Of a stretch of DNA of 64,000 bases, positions 45,088 through 55,057 are shown piece after piece. The DNA lies in assembly GCA_965215885.1 (NCBI GenBank), contig CBDCEW010000092.1:40145-104144 (forward strand), read 5' to 3'. The notes below the pieces were generated by a model. It made no database searches. It saw only the letters and a list, made by a program, of their open reading frames with translations, and had not been told where the DNA came from. Position 1 is the stretch's first letter. The number at the start of each line of letters is the position of its first letter. The translations under genes were made by a program, and so were the position numbers. Origin of the DNA: Candidatus Moanibacter sp. GTDB lineage: Bacteria; Verrucomicrobiota; Verrucomicrobiia; Opitutales; UBA2987.

Positions 45088-45449
45088 ACTTGCTTACAGC
45101 AACGCCATCCTGGTTGGGGCAACACGCCTTTACTCTCTGGAACCGGATGCGCCTTGGCAAGGATTTTTACCTCCCCCAGCATCCAAAATCGCCTCGGCAT
45201 ACATGACCGTATTTGCGTGATCGAGTACTTAGCATTATGAACACCCCTGAACTACGGAATTCTAGGTGAGAAAAGTAGATCTCGACGGAGATAAGACCGA
45301 CAGATTCGTAGCCAAGATAGATGTTGGCGTATTTTCGAATTGCAGTACTTCGTCACCGGCTGAAAGCTGCGTTGGGAGAGCGAGTCGAAAATGCCTGTGC
45401 ACGCCGTGACAGATAACGAAGTATATCGAAGATTCCATTTTTCCATTGA

Positions 45450-46505
45450 ATGGAATCTCCTCCAGTGATACTCGGAATTGAGAGTTCTTGTGATGAGTCC
45501 GCCCTGGCGCTATTTGATCCCGAGTCGGGTAGCTTCCATGAATGGTTGCACAGTCAGATCGAGCTACATCGTGAGTTTGGAGGGGTGGTGCCCGATTTGG
45601 CGAGCAGGGAGCACCTCTCAAATTTCCCTCCTCTTATCCGGCTGTTGCATGGCAGGTTGGAGGGGCAGTCTATCGCACAAGTGGCGGTCACTTGTGGTCC
45701 CGGACTGGCCGGCTGTCTCGCGATAGGGGTTTCCCTGGCGAAGAGTCTTGCCTTGAGTTTCGAGGCTACCCTTACGGGTGTGAACCATCTGCGGGCGCAC
45801 GCATTTTCAACCTTTATTCGGTTCTACCGGGAGGAACCGGCGACCTTTCACGATAGGCTTCGGGAGCATTTACCGCATCTCGGGCTTATTGTATCCGGCG
45901 GTAACACCCTCTTATTCCAGATTGATCCTGAGGGGTCGATAGCGATCGTTGCTCATACGGTGGATGATGCCGCGGGCGAAGCATTGGATAAGGGAGCGAA
46001 ATTACTCGGTCTCGGCTATCCCGGGGGGCCGCGAGTGGAAGAGCTGGCGCGGAAAGGAGATACCGCTGCTTTTCCCTTTCCCCGTGCCTTTCTAGATTCT
46101 GACGAACCGAAATTCAGTTTCTCGGGCCTGAAAACGAGCCTTCGATATCGACTTGAGGGAATGGACGATGATGATTTGCAGAGTTCCCTTTTCGATCTAT
46201 GTGCCAGCTATCAGGAGGCGGTTATAGATGCGCTGATTGGAAAGATCAGGCAATTCCTCGATCGCGAAAGGTATTCGAGTTTGGGTCTCTCCGGCGGGGT
46301 CGCGAATAATTTGAGATTGCGTGAAGGTATTCGGGAATTGGCTTCAGGTACCGGACTGCCTCTCTTCTGTGCGGAGCTCGGTCACACAGTCGATAATGCC
46401 TCGATGGTCGCGTTCGCCGCGGTTGTCGATCACCATGGAACGCTTAGTGAGGCAGACTCTTCTCTTTCCATTTATCCTTCCCTTACCCTTGAGAATGCGG
46501 TCTAG
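45450..46505 (+). CDS. tsaD: tRNA N6-threonylcarbamoyltransferase
   Basis: ILGIESSCDES, GGVVPDLASREH, VNHLRAH, VSGGNT, DDAAGEALDK, FSFSGLKT, DNASM. Confidence 0.96.
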   Translation: MESPPVILGIESSCDESALALFDPESGSFHEWLHSQIELHREFGGVVPDLASREHLSNFPPLIRLLHGRLEGQSIAQVAVTCGPGLAGCLAIGVSLAKSLALSFEATLTGVNHLRAHAFSTFIRFYREEPATFHDRLREHLPHLGLIVSGGNTLLFQIDPEGSIAIVAHTVDDAAGEALDKGAKLLGLGYPGGPRVEELARKGDTAAFPFPRAFLDSDEPKFSFSGLKTSLRYRLEGMDDDDLQSSLFDLCASYQEAVIDALIGKIRQFLDRERYSSLGLSGGVANNLRLREGIRELASGTGLPLFCAELGHTVDNASMVAFAAVVDHHGTLSEADSSLSIYPSLTLENAV

Positions 46506-46541
46506 GAGCCTGGCTGGATTTGTACCTGTTTAGCGTTCCTA

Positions 46542-46758
46542 TGGCTGCCCCGGTCTTGTGCCGGGGTGGCGCACGGTACACAGCTAAAGTACGCGATTGC
46601 CACCTCGCACCCCTCCACCGGTCCTTTCTCGCCTCTGTCCCGGCGCGCCGGGACAGAGGCGAGAAAGGACCGGTGGAGGGGTTGTTAGAGGCACATGGTT
46701 TATAGCAGGGAACGCGCCCCACCCCGGCACAAGACCCATAATTACGAAATTGGGTTGG
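46542..46758 (+). repeat. ~220-bp nested-hairpin element, copy 1
   Basis: Outer IR GGTCTTGTGCCGGGGTGG/CCACCCCGGCACAAGACC; inner long perfect stem CCCCTCCACCGGTCCTTTCTCGCCTCTGTCCCGG...CCGGGACAGAGGCGAGAAAGGACCGGTGGAGGGG. Confidence 0.85.
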
Positions 46759-47056
46759 AGAACCCAAAGTAAATGTTATTCAGGCACTTGCAAGATTCTA
46801 TTGATTACATAGTATGCCAGAATGGAGTTTCAACGATTGTTGTGTGTGGGTTCGTTAGAGGTAGAGAGCTTTTCCTGCAGGTTTGTTTTCAGTTAGAAAC
46901 TTGTTGAGTATTAATCAGTTACAAAAGCGCTTTGAACGGGGAGTTGATTTCTGGTGGCAATTGAGTAGAAGCGAAGGGAGCTGGAGAAAGTTGGTATTGG
47001 CATTGTATGTAAAATAAAGTTTGCAGTTTTGCCTCCTTTCCATACTGTGCCGGTGC

Positions 47057-47758
47057 ATGCAAGAAGAGCTTTCGCGTAAAGAGAGGGAGGTGGTCGAAGC
47101 GGTACGGCGGGATCGGGTAAGCACGGTGTGGAGGCTGATGAAGGAGCAGAGGGTGTCGCGGCGAACGGTCTATCGGGCTTTGCAAAAATATGGCCATTAC
47201 TCCAGTTACAATGCCAATTGTGGCTACCTGAGCTTGAAAGACATTCCGCGCTTTGACGGGGCCGGTTTGTGGCGTTTTCGCAAGGGGCGCTTTTCGCGCC
47301 ACGGCACCTTGGAGGAGACCGTGGAGGCGGTGGTGGGAGCTTCGCTTTGCGGCTACACGGTGGCTGAGTTGGAGACCCTCCTTGGGGTACGGGTGCACAA
47401 CCCCATAAGCGTGCTTTGTAGAAAGAAGCGGTTGAGTCGATACTATGAAGGGCGTCACTGCGTGTATGTCTCGGCCGGGGAACAGGGCGGGGCCGAACAG
47501 AAAAAGCGGCGGCAAGGGCGAAGAACAGCGGCACAAGTTCAGGCAGGGGACCCCGGGGGCGCTTTGCAGGCAGCTCCCGAAGGGCTCGAAACGATGGTCG
47601 TGATCGCTTTGCTGGTCGCCTGTATCGGCCATCCCGAGGCCGGGGTCAAGGAGCTTGTCGAGCTTATGCAAGAGCAGGGAGTAGAGCTGAGCGGGGAGCA
47701 AATTGAGCGGGTGATGGCGTTTTACTCGCTCAAAAAAAAACCGGACCGATCGCGGTAG
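47057..47758 (+). CDS. HTH-containing ORF-A of the element
   Basis: VSRRTVYRALQ HTH-like segment; GHYSSYNANCGY; ends after an A9 run (47732-47740). Confidence 0.7.
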   Translation: MQEELSRKEREVVEAVRRDRVSTVWRLMKEQRVSRRTVYRALQKYGHYSSYNANCGYLSLKDIPRFDGAGLWRFRKGRFSRHGTLEETVEAVVGASLCGYTVAELETLLGVRVHNPISVLCRKKRLSRYYEGRHCVYVSAGEQGGAEQKKRRQGRRTAAQVQAGDPGGALQAAPEGLETMVVIALLVACIGHPEAGVKELVELMQEQGVELSGEQIERVMAFYSLKKKPDRSR

Positions 47759-47775
47759 CGGAGCTGTTACATGAT

Positions 47776-49861
47776 TTGCGGGCAGAGGCTGAACGGGCCC
47801 TGCAAACGGTGGGGGCTGTGCCTGCGCAAACGAGTTATCGCTTCGATGCCCGGGAGGACGAAGAGGGTCCTTCAGAGGTGCGCAAGACCCTGCGCCGCAA
47901 GGTGGTCAGTTTCTCCTATGGATGCTTCCAGGCGGTGGAAGTTGTGCGCGAGCAGGGGCAAGGGAGCCACCGCAACAGCTACCGTTCTGCTCGCCTGGAA
48001 CAGATCGTGCCCTCGCATAGTCGCTACGCTTACGATCTGATTGCCTATGTGGGCAAGCGATGTTTGTGCGAAAGCGCCACCCTCAAAGAGGTGCACAGGG
48101 AACTGCGCGAGGGCCCGGGGCAGCTGCAGATTGCTCAAAGCAGCCTCTATGAGATGCAGCAGAAGTTTCTTTTTTATCTGGGTCGGCTGCACGCCGCGGC
48201 CGCTCCGGTGCTTAAAGATTACCTGAGCGCTCGCCCTTGCCTGCGCTGGCTGGTGGATGGGACCGTGGAACCGCAGACGCCGGTTTTCTTCGCTGTTCAG
48301 GAAGCCGACGAAGGGATCCTTTTGGGCAGCTGGAAAATGCCTTCCGAACAGAGCGAAACGATCAGTGGCTGTTTTGCCCGGGCGGCCCGGGCTTTTGGCC
48401 AACCCCACCATGTCTATCATGATTTAAGCGCTCAGATCAGCAAGGCCTGCGAGAGCGAAACCTTCCAGGCCCCCCATGGCGTCTGCCATTATCATTTCGC
48501 CCGCAATGTGGGCGAACAGCTTTATCGAAAACCCCAGCAGATGCTCAACGGGCGCTTGCGGCAATTGAAGCTCATGGAGCGCATGCGCGAGCAACGCAAA
48601 CACATCACCGCAAAGCTCCGTGACGCCCTCCGTGAAAAACACGCCCTCGTCCTGGCCGATTTGCTCACCGCCAAAGCGCTCGCAGTGCCCTTCGATCCCA
48701 CCCTTGCACGGGAACTGCTCATGGCCCTGCAATTGTGGATTTTGGATTATCCCTGCGACGGTCACCGCCAGGGCTTTCCCTTCGATCCTTACCTGCTTTA
48801 TTGGCATCGGCGGGTCGTGCGCGCCCATGCCGCCCTGGAGCAGTGGCTTGCCCGCGCTCCTGCCAGTTGCTCTGTTCTGCGAAGCTTCTTTCATCTTTCG
48901 ACCGGGTTGAAGCAGTATCTGGCTGATGCCCTCGTCATCGAAGCCGCTACTATCTATGAAAACGCTTTTTGCATTTTCAGCGCTTTGCGCGATGCCCTTT
49001 GGCTCAGCGCCAGCGGCCCCTGCCCTTTAAGCGACCCTTATCTGTTGCAAGCAGGACAAGCCGCTGAGCTCACCGAGGCTCTCCAGTTGCTGCGTGCCCA
49101 ATATCGCCAAAAAGGCGCCTTCCTGACCAACCCCTCGAAAGCCAAACTCTACCGCACCGTGGTCACTCATCTGGACAAATACTGGCAGCGGCTGCTTCCC
49201 CCACCGGCCCATCCAGACAGCGTACGCACGACCAATGAGCTGGAAGGCACCTGGCGCACCTCCAAGCGCAAACGCCGTCAAACCCACGCGGCGCAAAAGC
49301 GACCCTTATCTGTTGCAAGCAGGACAAGCCGCTGAGCTCACCGAGGCTCTCCAGTTGCTGCGTGCCCAATATCGCCAAAAAGGCGCCTCCCTGACCAACC
49401 CCTCGAAAGCCAAACTCTACCGCACCGTGGTCACTCATCTGGACAAATACTGGCAGCGGCTGCTTCCCCCACCGGCCCATCCAGACAGCGTACGCACGAC
49501 CAATGAGCTGGAAGGCACCTGGCGCACCTCCAAGCGCAAACGCCGTCAAACCCACGGGCGCAAAAATCTGACGCGCGACTTTGAAGCGCTCCCCGAAGAA
49601 TACATGCTCCTGGCCAACTTACACAATCCCCGCTATGTGGAGCTGGTTTTAGGCAGTATCGATAATCTGCCCCAAAAGCTTGCCCAGGCTGCACAGAAAG
49701 CACCCCCCTTCAGTCACTGGCGGGCGAACAGAAAAACCCTCGCCGTGGGTCGATTGCCCAAAAAGCTCCTGCGAAAAGAAAACTTCCTTGAGGAACTCTT
49801 CGAAGTCTGTAATCGCCAGGATCAATCCTTAAACCCGCAACCCCATCGGATTGCCTCCTGA
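47776..49861 (+). CDS. DDE transposase ORF-B with an internal ~267-bp tandem duplication and frameshift
   Basis: WLVDGT (D1), VYHDLS (D2), CHYH (CxxH), RTTNELE (E); ~49030-49298 is repeated at ~49298-49565. Confidence 0.75.
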
Positions 49862-49936
49862 CAACGACTCCAGTGCCCTCCCTCTGCTCCCCATTTTCTT
49901 CATGCTCTAACCAGAGAACTCCACGCAATTTGCGTG

Positions 49937-50162
49937 CCAACCGAAATTCAGAACGATGGGTCTTGTGCCGGGGTGGTGCGCGTTTCTTGCTACAAACCGG
50001 GTGCCTCTACCGACCCCCGCCCGTCCTTTCTCGCCCCAGTCCCGGTCCCGGTCCGCCGGGACCGGGACTGGGGCGAGAAAGGACGGGCGGGGGTCGTGCG
50101 GTGCGAATCGTGTATCGTTGTTGTATACCGCGCACCACCCCGGCACAAGACCGGGGCAGCCA
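49937..50162 (-). repeat. ~225-bp nested-hairpin element, copy 2 (inverted relative to copy 1)
   Basis: Reverse complement aligns with 46542-46758 end to end; first 28 nt identical (TGGCTGCCCCGGTCTTGTGCCGGGGTGG); inner stem diverged but still paired. Confidence 0.85.
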
Positions 50163-50589
50163 GCAACCGAAGGCGTGAAACATAGTACCTGCCGTACGGC
50201 GGAGTTTGAGCCGACGGGCCGCTGCGGGCTCGACTGACCGTTCAATGTAGATGCGGGTCTCCGGGCGATGGGCTAACGTTTTTTCAAGGTGTAATCTTGC
50301 CTTCAGATATAGTTAGAATTCTGTAAATAAGGATCGATTGGAGATTATGAGAGGAGAGTGCATATATCACTAACCGAGCGCTTTTATCCAATTGGCATCC
50401 GTGGTACTGCGGAGCCATCCGTGGGCATTTATTTTCTTCTCTCATCCGTGCAATCGGTGTAATCCGTGGTCAAAATCCGAACCCGCAGTGAGAAGTTTCA
50501 CACCTGTTTGATCCGGCTGCCCGCCGGGGGCCGTACTGACTTGGAAATTCGTTTACTCGCATAACAGACGCTCTTAGTTTGGAGCCATC

Positions 50590-51309
50590 ATGATACAAGT
50601 CCCTTATCGCATTACTCAAGTATCGGTCGGCGTCATTTCGTGTTTTCTTACGGGATTCGGAATTGATCTGGAAGGTGTGTCGCAGCCGGATTCACACAAT
50701 ATGGAGATCGCCGCAATAATCGAGCAGATGCTGAACACTCCGGAGGCCATCCCTTTGAGGGCCGTGATTAAGAGCGTTTCCGAATTCGATCTTCTCGATT
50801 GGGAGGGAGAACAATACGAAGCGCTGGCTGCAGCAGCGCGCGCCGCATTATCCGAGATAAACGAAAAGGGTATCCGCGATCGGAGAGTAAACGAAGTGGG
50901 CAACGCGGTAGAGGTGTTTGTTCGCAAAGCGTTATCGGCTGAGGGGTTTGCTACGGGCATACCGGTTACTTCCAGCGGGAGACGGAAGACTACAGGTTAT
51001 CCGGATCTGGCGGCGGAGAGAGGAGGACAGAAGTTCTATATAGAGGTGAAAATTTATAATCCCGAGAACATTAACACCACTCTGCGCAGTTTTTACCTTT
51101 CGCCGTCTCGGGATTTCAAGGTCATCCACAGCGCCTATCACCTTCTTATCGCGTTCGCCATGGAGCCTGACAAATCCGGCGCCTACCGCGCCAAAACAGT
51201 AAAGTGGCTCGATCTCTTCGACTTGAATTGCAGATTGAAATATGAGTTTAACGCCAGCAACCGCGACTTGTATGCGAATGATTCGGGGCTCGTCTTTTTC
51301 GCCGAGTAG
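50590..51309 (+). CDS. Hypothetical protein with PD-(D/E)XK nuclease-like motif
   Basis: NEVGNAVE...GYPDL...FYIEVK; hydrophobic N-terminal stretch. Confidence 0.6.
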   Translation: MIQVPYRITQVSVGVISCFLTGFGIDLEGVSQPDSHNMEIAAIIEQMLNTPEAIPLRAVIKSVSEFDLLDWEGEQYEALAAAARAALSEINEKGIRDRRVNEVGNAVEVFVRKALSAEGFATGIPVTSSGRRKTTGYPDLAAERGGQKFYIEVKIYNPENINTTLRSFYLSPSRDFKVIHSAYHLLIAFAMEPDKSGAYRAKTVKWLDLFDLNCRLKYEFNASNRDLYANDSGLVFFAE

Positions 51310-51312
51310 GAC

Positions 51313-52023
51313 ATGCTCGCGGAAACCGAGACGAAGACTCTTTCAGCAGAATCTTATGTTATGAATACACTGAGGCTGTCTAAATGCTTCTTCCTTTATT
51401 GCGGTTTTCTATCCCTGCCTGGAGTAGGTTACGGTGGCGCCGTTATTGAGGGTAAAGTGGAGTTGGGCGACTCTTCCAAACAGCGGCGCTTGCACCGTAG
51501 ATATTCCGGGAGTAGCGAGAGACCTGCCGCAATATTGACTCCCTCACCGGCGGCAGTCTATTTGGAAGGGAAGTTCGCACCGGAAGAACTGATTCCTCCG
51601 GAGGCTCCCGCGGTTCTCTTGCAAAGAGAGTTGCAGTTCATGCCCCGTGTCCTGCCGATTCTGGTGGGGACTTCCGTGATTTTTCCGAATGAAGATTCAA
51701 CCTACCATAATGTTTTTTCTTACTCTTCGACGAAGCGTTTTGATCTCGGGCGCTATAAGGGTGTGGACGAGCCTCCGCGGCAGGAGTTCGACAAGCCGGG
51801 GATTGTGAAAGTATTCTGCGAGATCCACAATCATATGCGTGGAACCATTCTGGTTCTGGAGACTCCTTATTTTACTGTGACCGACTCGAGTGGAAATTTC
51901 AGATTGGAGAATCTCCCCGTGGGAGAATTTGTGCTCAAGATCTGGCTGGATGATAAAACGCACTATGAAAGATCGGTCGTCCTTGTCGAAGGCGAGAGTC
52001 TGAATGTGAGTTTTGAGGATTAA
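51313..52023 (+). CDS. Exported cupredoxin-like / carboxypeptidase-regulatory-like domain protein
   Basis: FPNEDSTYHNVFS...VFCEIHNHM (His/Cys/His/Met type-1 copper ligands); TDSSGNFRLENLPVGEF. Confidence 0.8.
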   Translation: MLAETETKTLSAESYVMNTLRLSKCFFLYCGFLSLPGVGYGGAVIEGKVELGDSSKQRRLHRRYSGSSERPAAILTPSPAAVYLEGKFAPEELIPPEAPAVLLQRELQFMPRVLPILVGTSVIFPNEDSTYHNVFSYSSTKRFDLGRYKGVDEPPRQEFDKPGIVKVFCEIHNHMRGTILVLETPYFTVTDSSGNFRLENLPVGEFVLKIWLDDKTHYERSVVLVEGESLNVSFED

Positions 52024-52028
52024 TTGAG

Positions 52029-53816
52029 GTGGCTGAAATCAGCGAATCGCGATCACTCTTCAGTCTCAGTTTCAGGTCAAAACTGATGATCGCGATGCTG
52101 CTGATTGTGGCAGTTATCACTGGTGCGACTTTAGTCGTAACAAAGAATAAGGTTGAGACAGTCTTCCGGGAATCCCTCAGTGATCAGTTTCAGACGCAGA
52201 TCGCGATGTTCTATGAGAGGCAAGAGATTGCCTTGGGTTCGATTAAGGAGGAGATCCTCAACGCTACAGATTCCGTTCGGTTGATTGCGGCTGTGGGAGA
52301 GAAGGATGCGGACCGGATTTACGAGGACCTGGACCACGAATTTCGTAATTTGCCAATAGCGGACGTATCGGCGGAGGCACCGTTTATTCGTTTCATTGAC
52401 GACATGGGTGAGGTTCTCAAACCACCCGAAACGGATAAGAGGCTTCCAGCTGGCGTGAACGAGGGCCTCTTTGATAAGAGAATGAAAGAGTTGGGAGCCC
52501 ACACTGCCGGTATTTTCGACAGCAAGGTGGGGTATTTCACCTTGGACACGATTGACGGGACGGTCAGGCTCTACCAAGTCGTCCTTTCACCATTCGTCGA
52601 TCCTGCAGAGGGAGAGATTCTCGGAACTCTCGTGATCGGTTTTCCGGTATCGCCAGAGAGTGAAATTGCTGGAAAGGAGAGTCGAAGCATCAAGAGCTGC
52701 TTGATCGTAGGCGATTTTCTCCACTCGAAGAGCATTTCAGCGCGGTATGCGGACGAATTGATGACGCTCTCTCGAAACCACGGATCTATTTCGAGGTCCG
52801 ATCCTCCGCAGATTGAGATCGATTCGGTGCCGCATCTGGTGTTCAGCAACCGCCTGGATACCGGGGCGGGGTTCCCACCGGTGGAGCATGTCAGTCTTTT
52901 TTCTCTGGCTGAATCGTTTGCTCTTCTCGATCAGATCGAAAGAACGGTCATCCTGCTGGGCGCCGCCGCTTTTATCGTCGCCCTGGGGCTGAGTCTCTCC
53001 GTCTCACACGGTATGACAAAGCCGATCCTCGCTTTAGTGCGAGGCACAGAAGAGATACAGAGGGGAAATTTCGATCACCGAATTGGAATAAAGTCGAAGG
53101 ACGAGATTGGTTTATTGACCCGCTCCTTCAATGAAATGAGCGCCGAACTCGCCCTCAAGGAGAGATACCGCAGTGTGCTGGACAAGGTTACTGATAAGGA
53201 TGTGGCCGAACAGTTGGTTAAAGGTTCAGTGGAACTGGGTGGAGAGTTGCGCGACATCACGGTTCTCTTCTGCGATATACGCGGATTCACACCGCTCACC
53301 GAAGGAATGCCGCCGGCGGAGGTCATCAATATGCTCAATGAACACATGACGGTAATAACGAAGGTGGTCCATACGAACCGCGGCGTCGTCGACAAGTTCG
53401 TCGGTGATGAAATCATGGTCATTTTCGGAGCTCCTCGCTCATACGGGGATGACACCCTGAACGCGGCAAAATGTGCCCTCGACATGGTGGCGGAACGAGA
53501 GAAATTGAATGATGGAGGGCAGTATCAGATAAAGATTGGCCTCGGTCTGGCGTCAGGCGAAATGGTGGCGGGGAATATGGGCTCGGTGGACCGTCTCAAT
53601 TATACAGTGTTGGGAGAACAGGTAAATCTGGCATCCAGGCTTTGCGGCACGGCCGGACCAATGGAGATAATGATCGATTCTGTCATGGAAGAGAGGTTGC
53701 GTGGAATCGCGGAAGTTGAATTGCAGAGTGATCTTCAGCTGAAAGGGTTTAAAAGCAAGGTAACCGCGTATTCGCTTATAAGCGTCTCGCCGGAAGAGGT
53801 CCATTCCAGGGTTTGA
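52029..53816 (+). CDS. Membrane class III adenylate cyclase with HAMP domain
   Basis: Two TMs, HAMP (DEIGLLTRSFNEM), TVLFCDIRGFT, VDKFVGDEIM, YTVLGEQVNLASRL. Confidence 0.93.
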   Translation: MAEISESRSLFSLSFRSKLMIAMLLIVAVITGATLVVTKNKVETVFRESLSDQFQTQIAMFYERQEIALGSIKEEILNATDSVRLIAAVGEKDADRIYEDLDHEFRNLPIADVSAEAPFIRFIDDMGEVLKPPETDKRLPAGVNEGLFDKRMKELGAHTAGIFDSKVGYFTLDTIDGTVRLYQVVLSPFVDPAEGEILGTLVIGFPVSPESEIAGKESRSIKSCLIVGDFLHSKSISARYADELMTLSRNHGSISRSDPPQIEIDSVPHLVFSNRLDTGAGFPPVEHVSLFSLAESFALLDQIERTVILLGAAAFIVALGLSLSVSHGMTKPILALVRGTEEIQRGNFDHRIGIKSKDEIGLLTRSFNEMSAELALKERYRSVLDKVTDKDVAEQLVKGSVELGGELRDITVLFCDIRGFTPLTEGMPPAEVINMLNEHMTVITKVVHTNRGVVDKFVGDEIMVIFGAPRSYGDDTLNAAKCALDMVAEREKLNDGGQYQIKIGLGLASGEMVAGNMGSVDRLNYTVLGEQVNLASRLCGTAGPMEIMIDSVMEERLRGIAEVELQSDLQLKGFKSKVTAYSLISVSPEEVHSRV

Positions 53817-55036
53817 GAGCCGGTTTAACACTCTGTGTCTGCGTCTTAACATGGGCGTTGCCACTTCCTTCAGCGGCTATCGGAGATTGTCTTGACCGTC
53901 TCTCGGATTCTCTCGTTTTCGTCTCCCCGAAGGGGGGCTTTCAGGCGCAGTTCAGTGGGTTGGCCGATTTCGAAGTTTACCTCATCGACCAGAATCCGCC
54001 CGGATTGATCTTCTCCGGCGATGATGTCTTCTTCAATCCGCGGCTGACCCTGTTTTTGGATACCTTTGCTGGTGATGACCTCTATGGTTTTGCCAAATTC
54101 CGGTTCGATCGGGGATTTGACCCCGGATATATGGAGGAGGGAGACGCTCGGGCCGATGAATATTTCCTCCGATATTCCCCAGGCAGCGGATTACTGAATA
54201 TTCAGGTGGGAAGATTCGCCACCATATTTGGAAACTGGGCGGGTCGCCACGACTCCTGGGAGAATCCCTTTATTAACGCGCCGCTGCCATATGAGAACGT
54301 AACGGTTATTCTCGATCATGGAGTTTTGCCGGGCCCTGGAGTTTTTCTCTCTCTCCGCAACAGACCGGACGTAAAGAAAAACTGGGTGCCGATTATCTGG
54401 GGGCCCGTGTATACTGCCGGAGTCTCCGTATCCGGAAAGTTCGAGCAGTTGAACTATGCCTTCTCGGTAAAGAATGCCGCACTCTCTTCGCGACCCAATG
54501 ATTGGGAGGATTTCCGATGGAACAACCCCACCTTTACCGGTCGCATCGGCTTTGAGCCTGACGAGAGCTTGTCGTTCGGCGTCTCCGCAAGCTATGGCAG
54601 TTATTTGCAGGAGGAGGTTGAGGCTTCTTTGCCTGCCGACAGAGAGGTTGAGGACTTTAAACAGTTTACAATCGGTGGAGATCTATCCTGGGCGAGGGGG
54701 CGCTTGCAGGTTTGGGCGGAGCTGATTCACAGCCGATTTGATGTGCCGAATGTCGAGACCGTCGGCACCACGGCCTATTATGTGGAGGGCAAATATAAAC
54801 TGACCACCCATCTGTTTGCCGCCCTGCGATGGGGACAGCAGTACTTTGATAAGATCGGGGATGGCAACGGGGGTTCTCAGCGCTGGGATCGCGGGATTGC
54901 GAAAATCGAGCTCTCTTTGGGATACCGGTTAAACCGGCACATCCAACTGAAATTCCAGTATGGATTCGCTGAACAGAATGGAGCCCTTGAACAAGGCCGG
55001 CATTCTGTCGCCAGTCAACTTACCCTGAAATTCTAG
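53813..55036 (+). CDS. Outer-membrane beta-barrel (porin-like) protein
   Basis: Signal peptide, amphipathic beta-strands, C-terminal QLTLKF; overlaps the cyclase stop. Confidence 0.75.
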   Translation: MRAGLTLCVCVLTWALPLPSAAIGDCLDRLSDSLVFVSPKGGFQAQFSGLADFEVYLIDQNPPGLIFSGDDVFFNPRLTLFLDTFAGDDLYGFAKFRFDRGFDPGYMEEGDARADEYFLRYSPGSGLLNIQVGRFATIFGNWAGRHDSWENPFINAPLPYENVTVILDHGVLPGPGVFLSLRNRPDVKKNWVPIIWGPVYTAGVSVSGKFEQLNYAFSVKNAALSSRPNDWEDFRWNNPTFTGRIGFEPDESLSFGVSASYGSYLQEEVEASLPADREVEDFKQFTIGGDLSWARGRLQVWAELIHSRFDVPNVETVGTTAYYVEGKYKLTTHLFAALRWGQQYFDKIGDGNGGSQRWDRGIAKIELSLGYRLNRHIQLKFQYGFAEQNGALEQGRHSVASQLTLKF

Positions 55037-55057
55037 GGCTGCGAAGCAGCCCATTAT

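Larger units (their letters stand above)
46820..49934 (+). mobile_element. Two-ORF Mutator-like (CxxH DDE) transposable element; boundaries tentative
   Basis: Flanked by direct repeat TGCCA (46815-46819, 49935-49939); short subterminal IR TGGAGTT/AACTCCA; AT-rich leader; HTH ORF followed by a DDE ORF. Confidence 0.55.

Noticed and set aside
49030..49565. Tandem ~267-bp duplication in the transposase as a functional feature (e.g. template/variable repeat)
   Set aside because: The copies differ by only one substitution and one indel as far as I can see, with no adenine-specific pattern; more likely an assembly artefact or a recent inactivating duplication.
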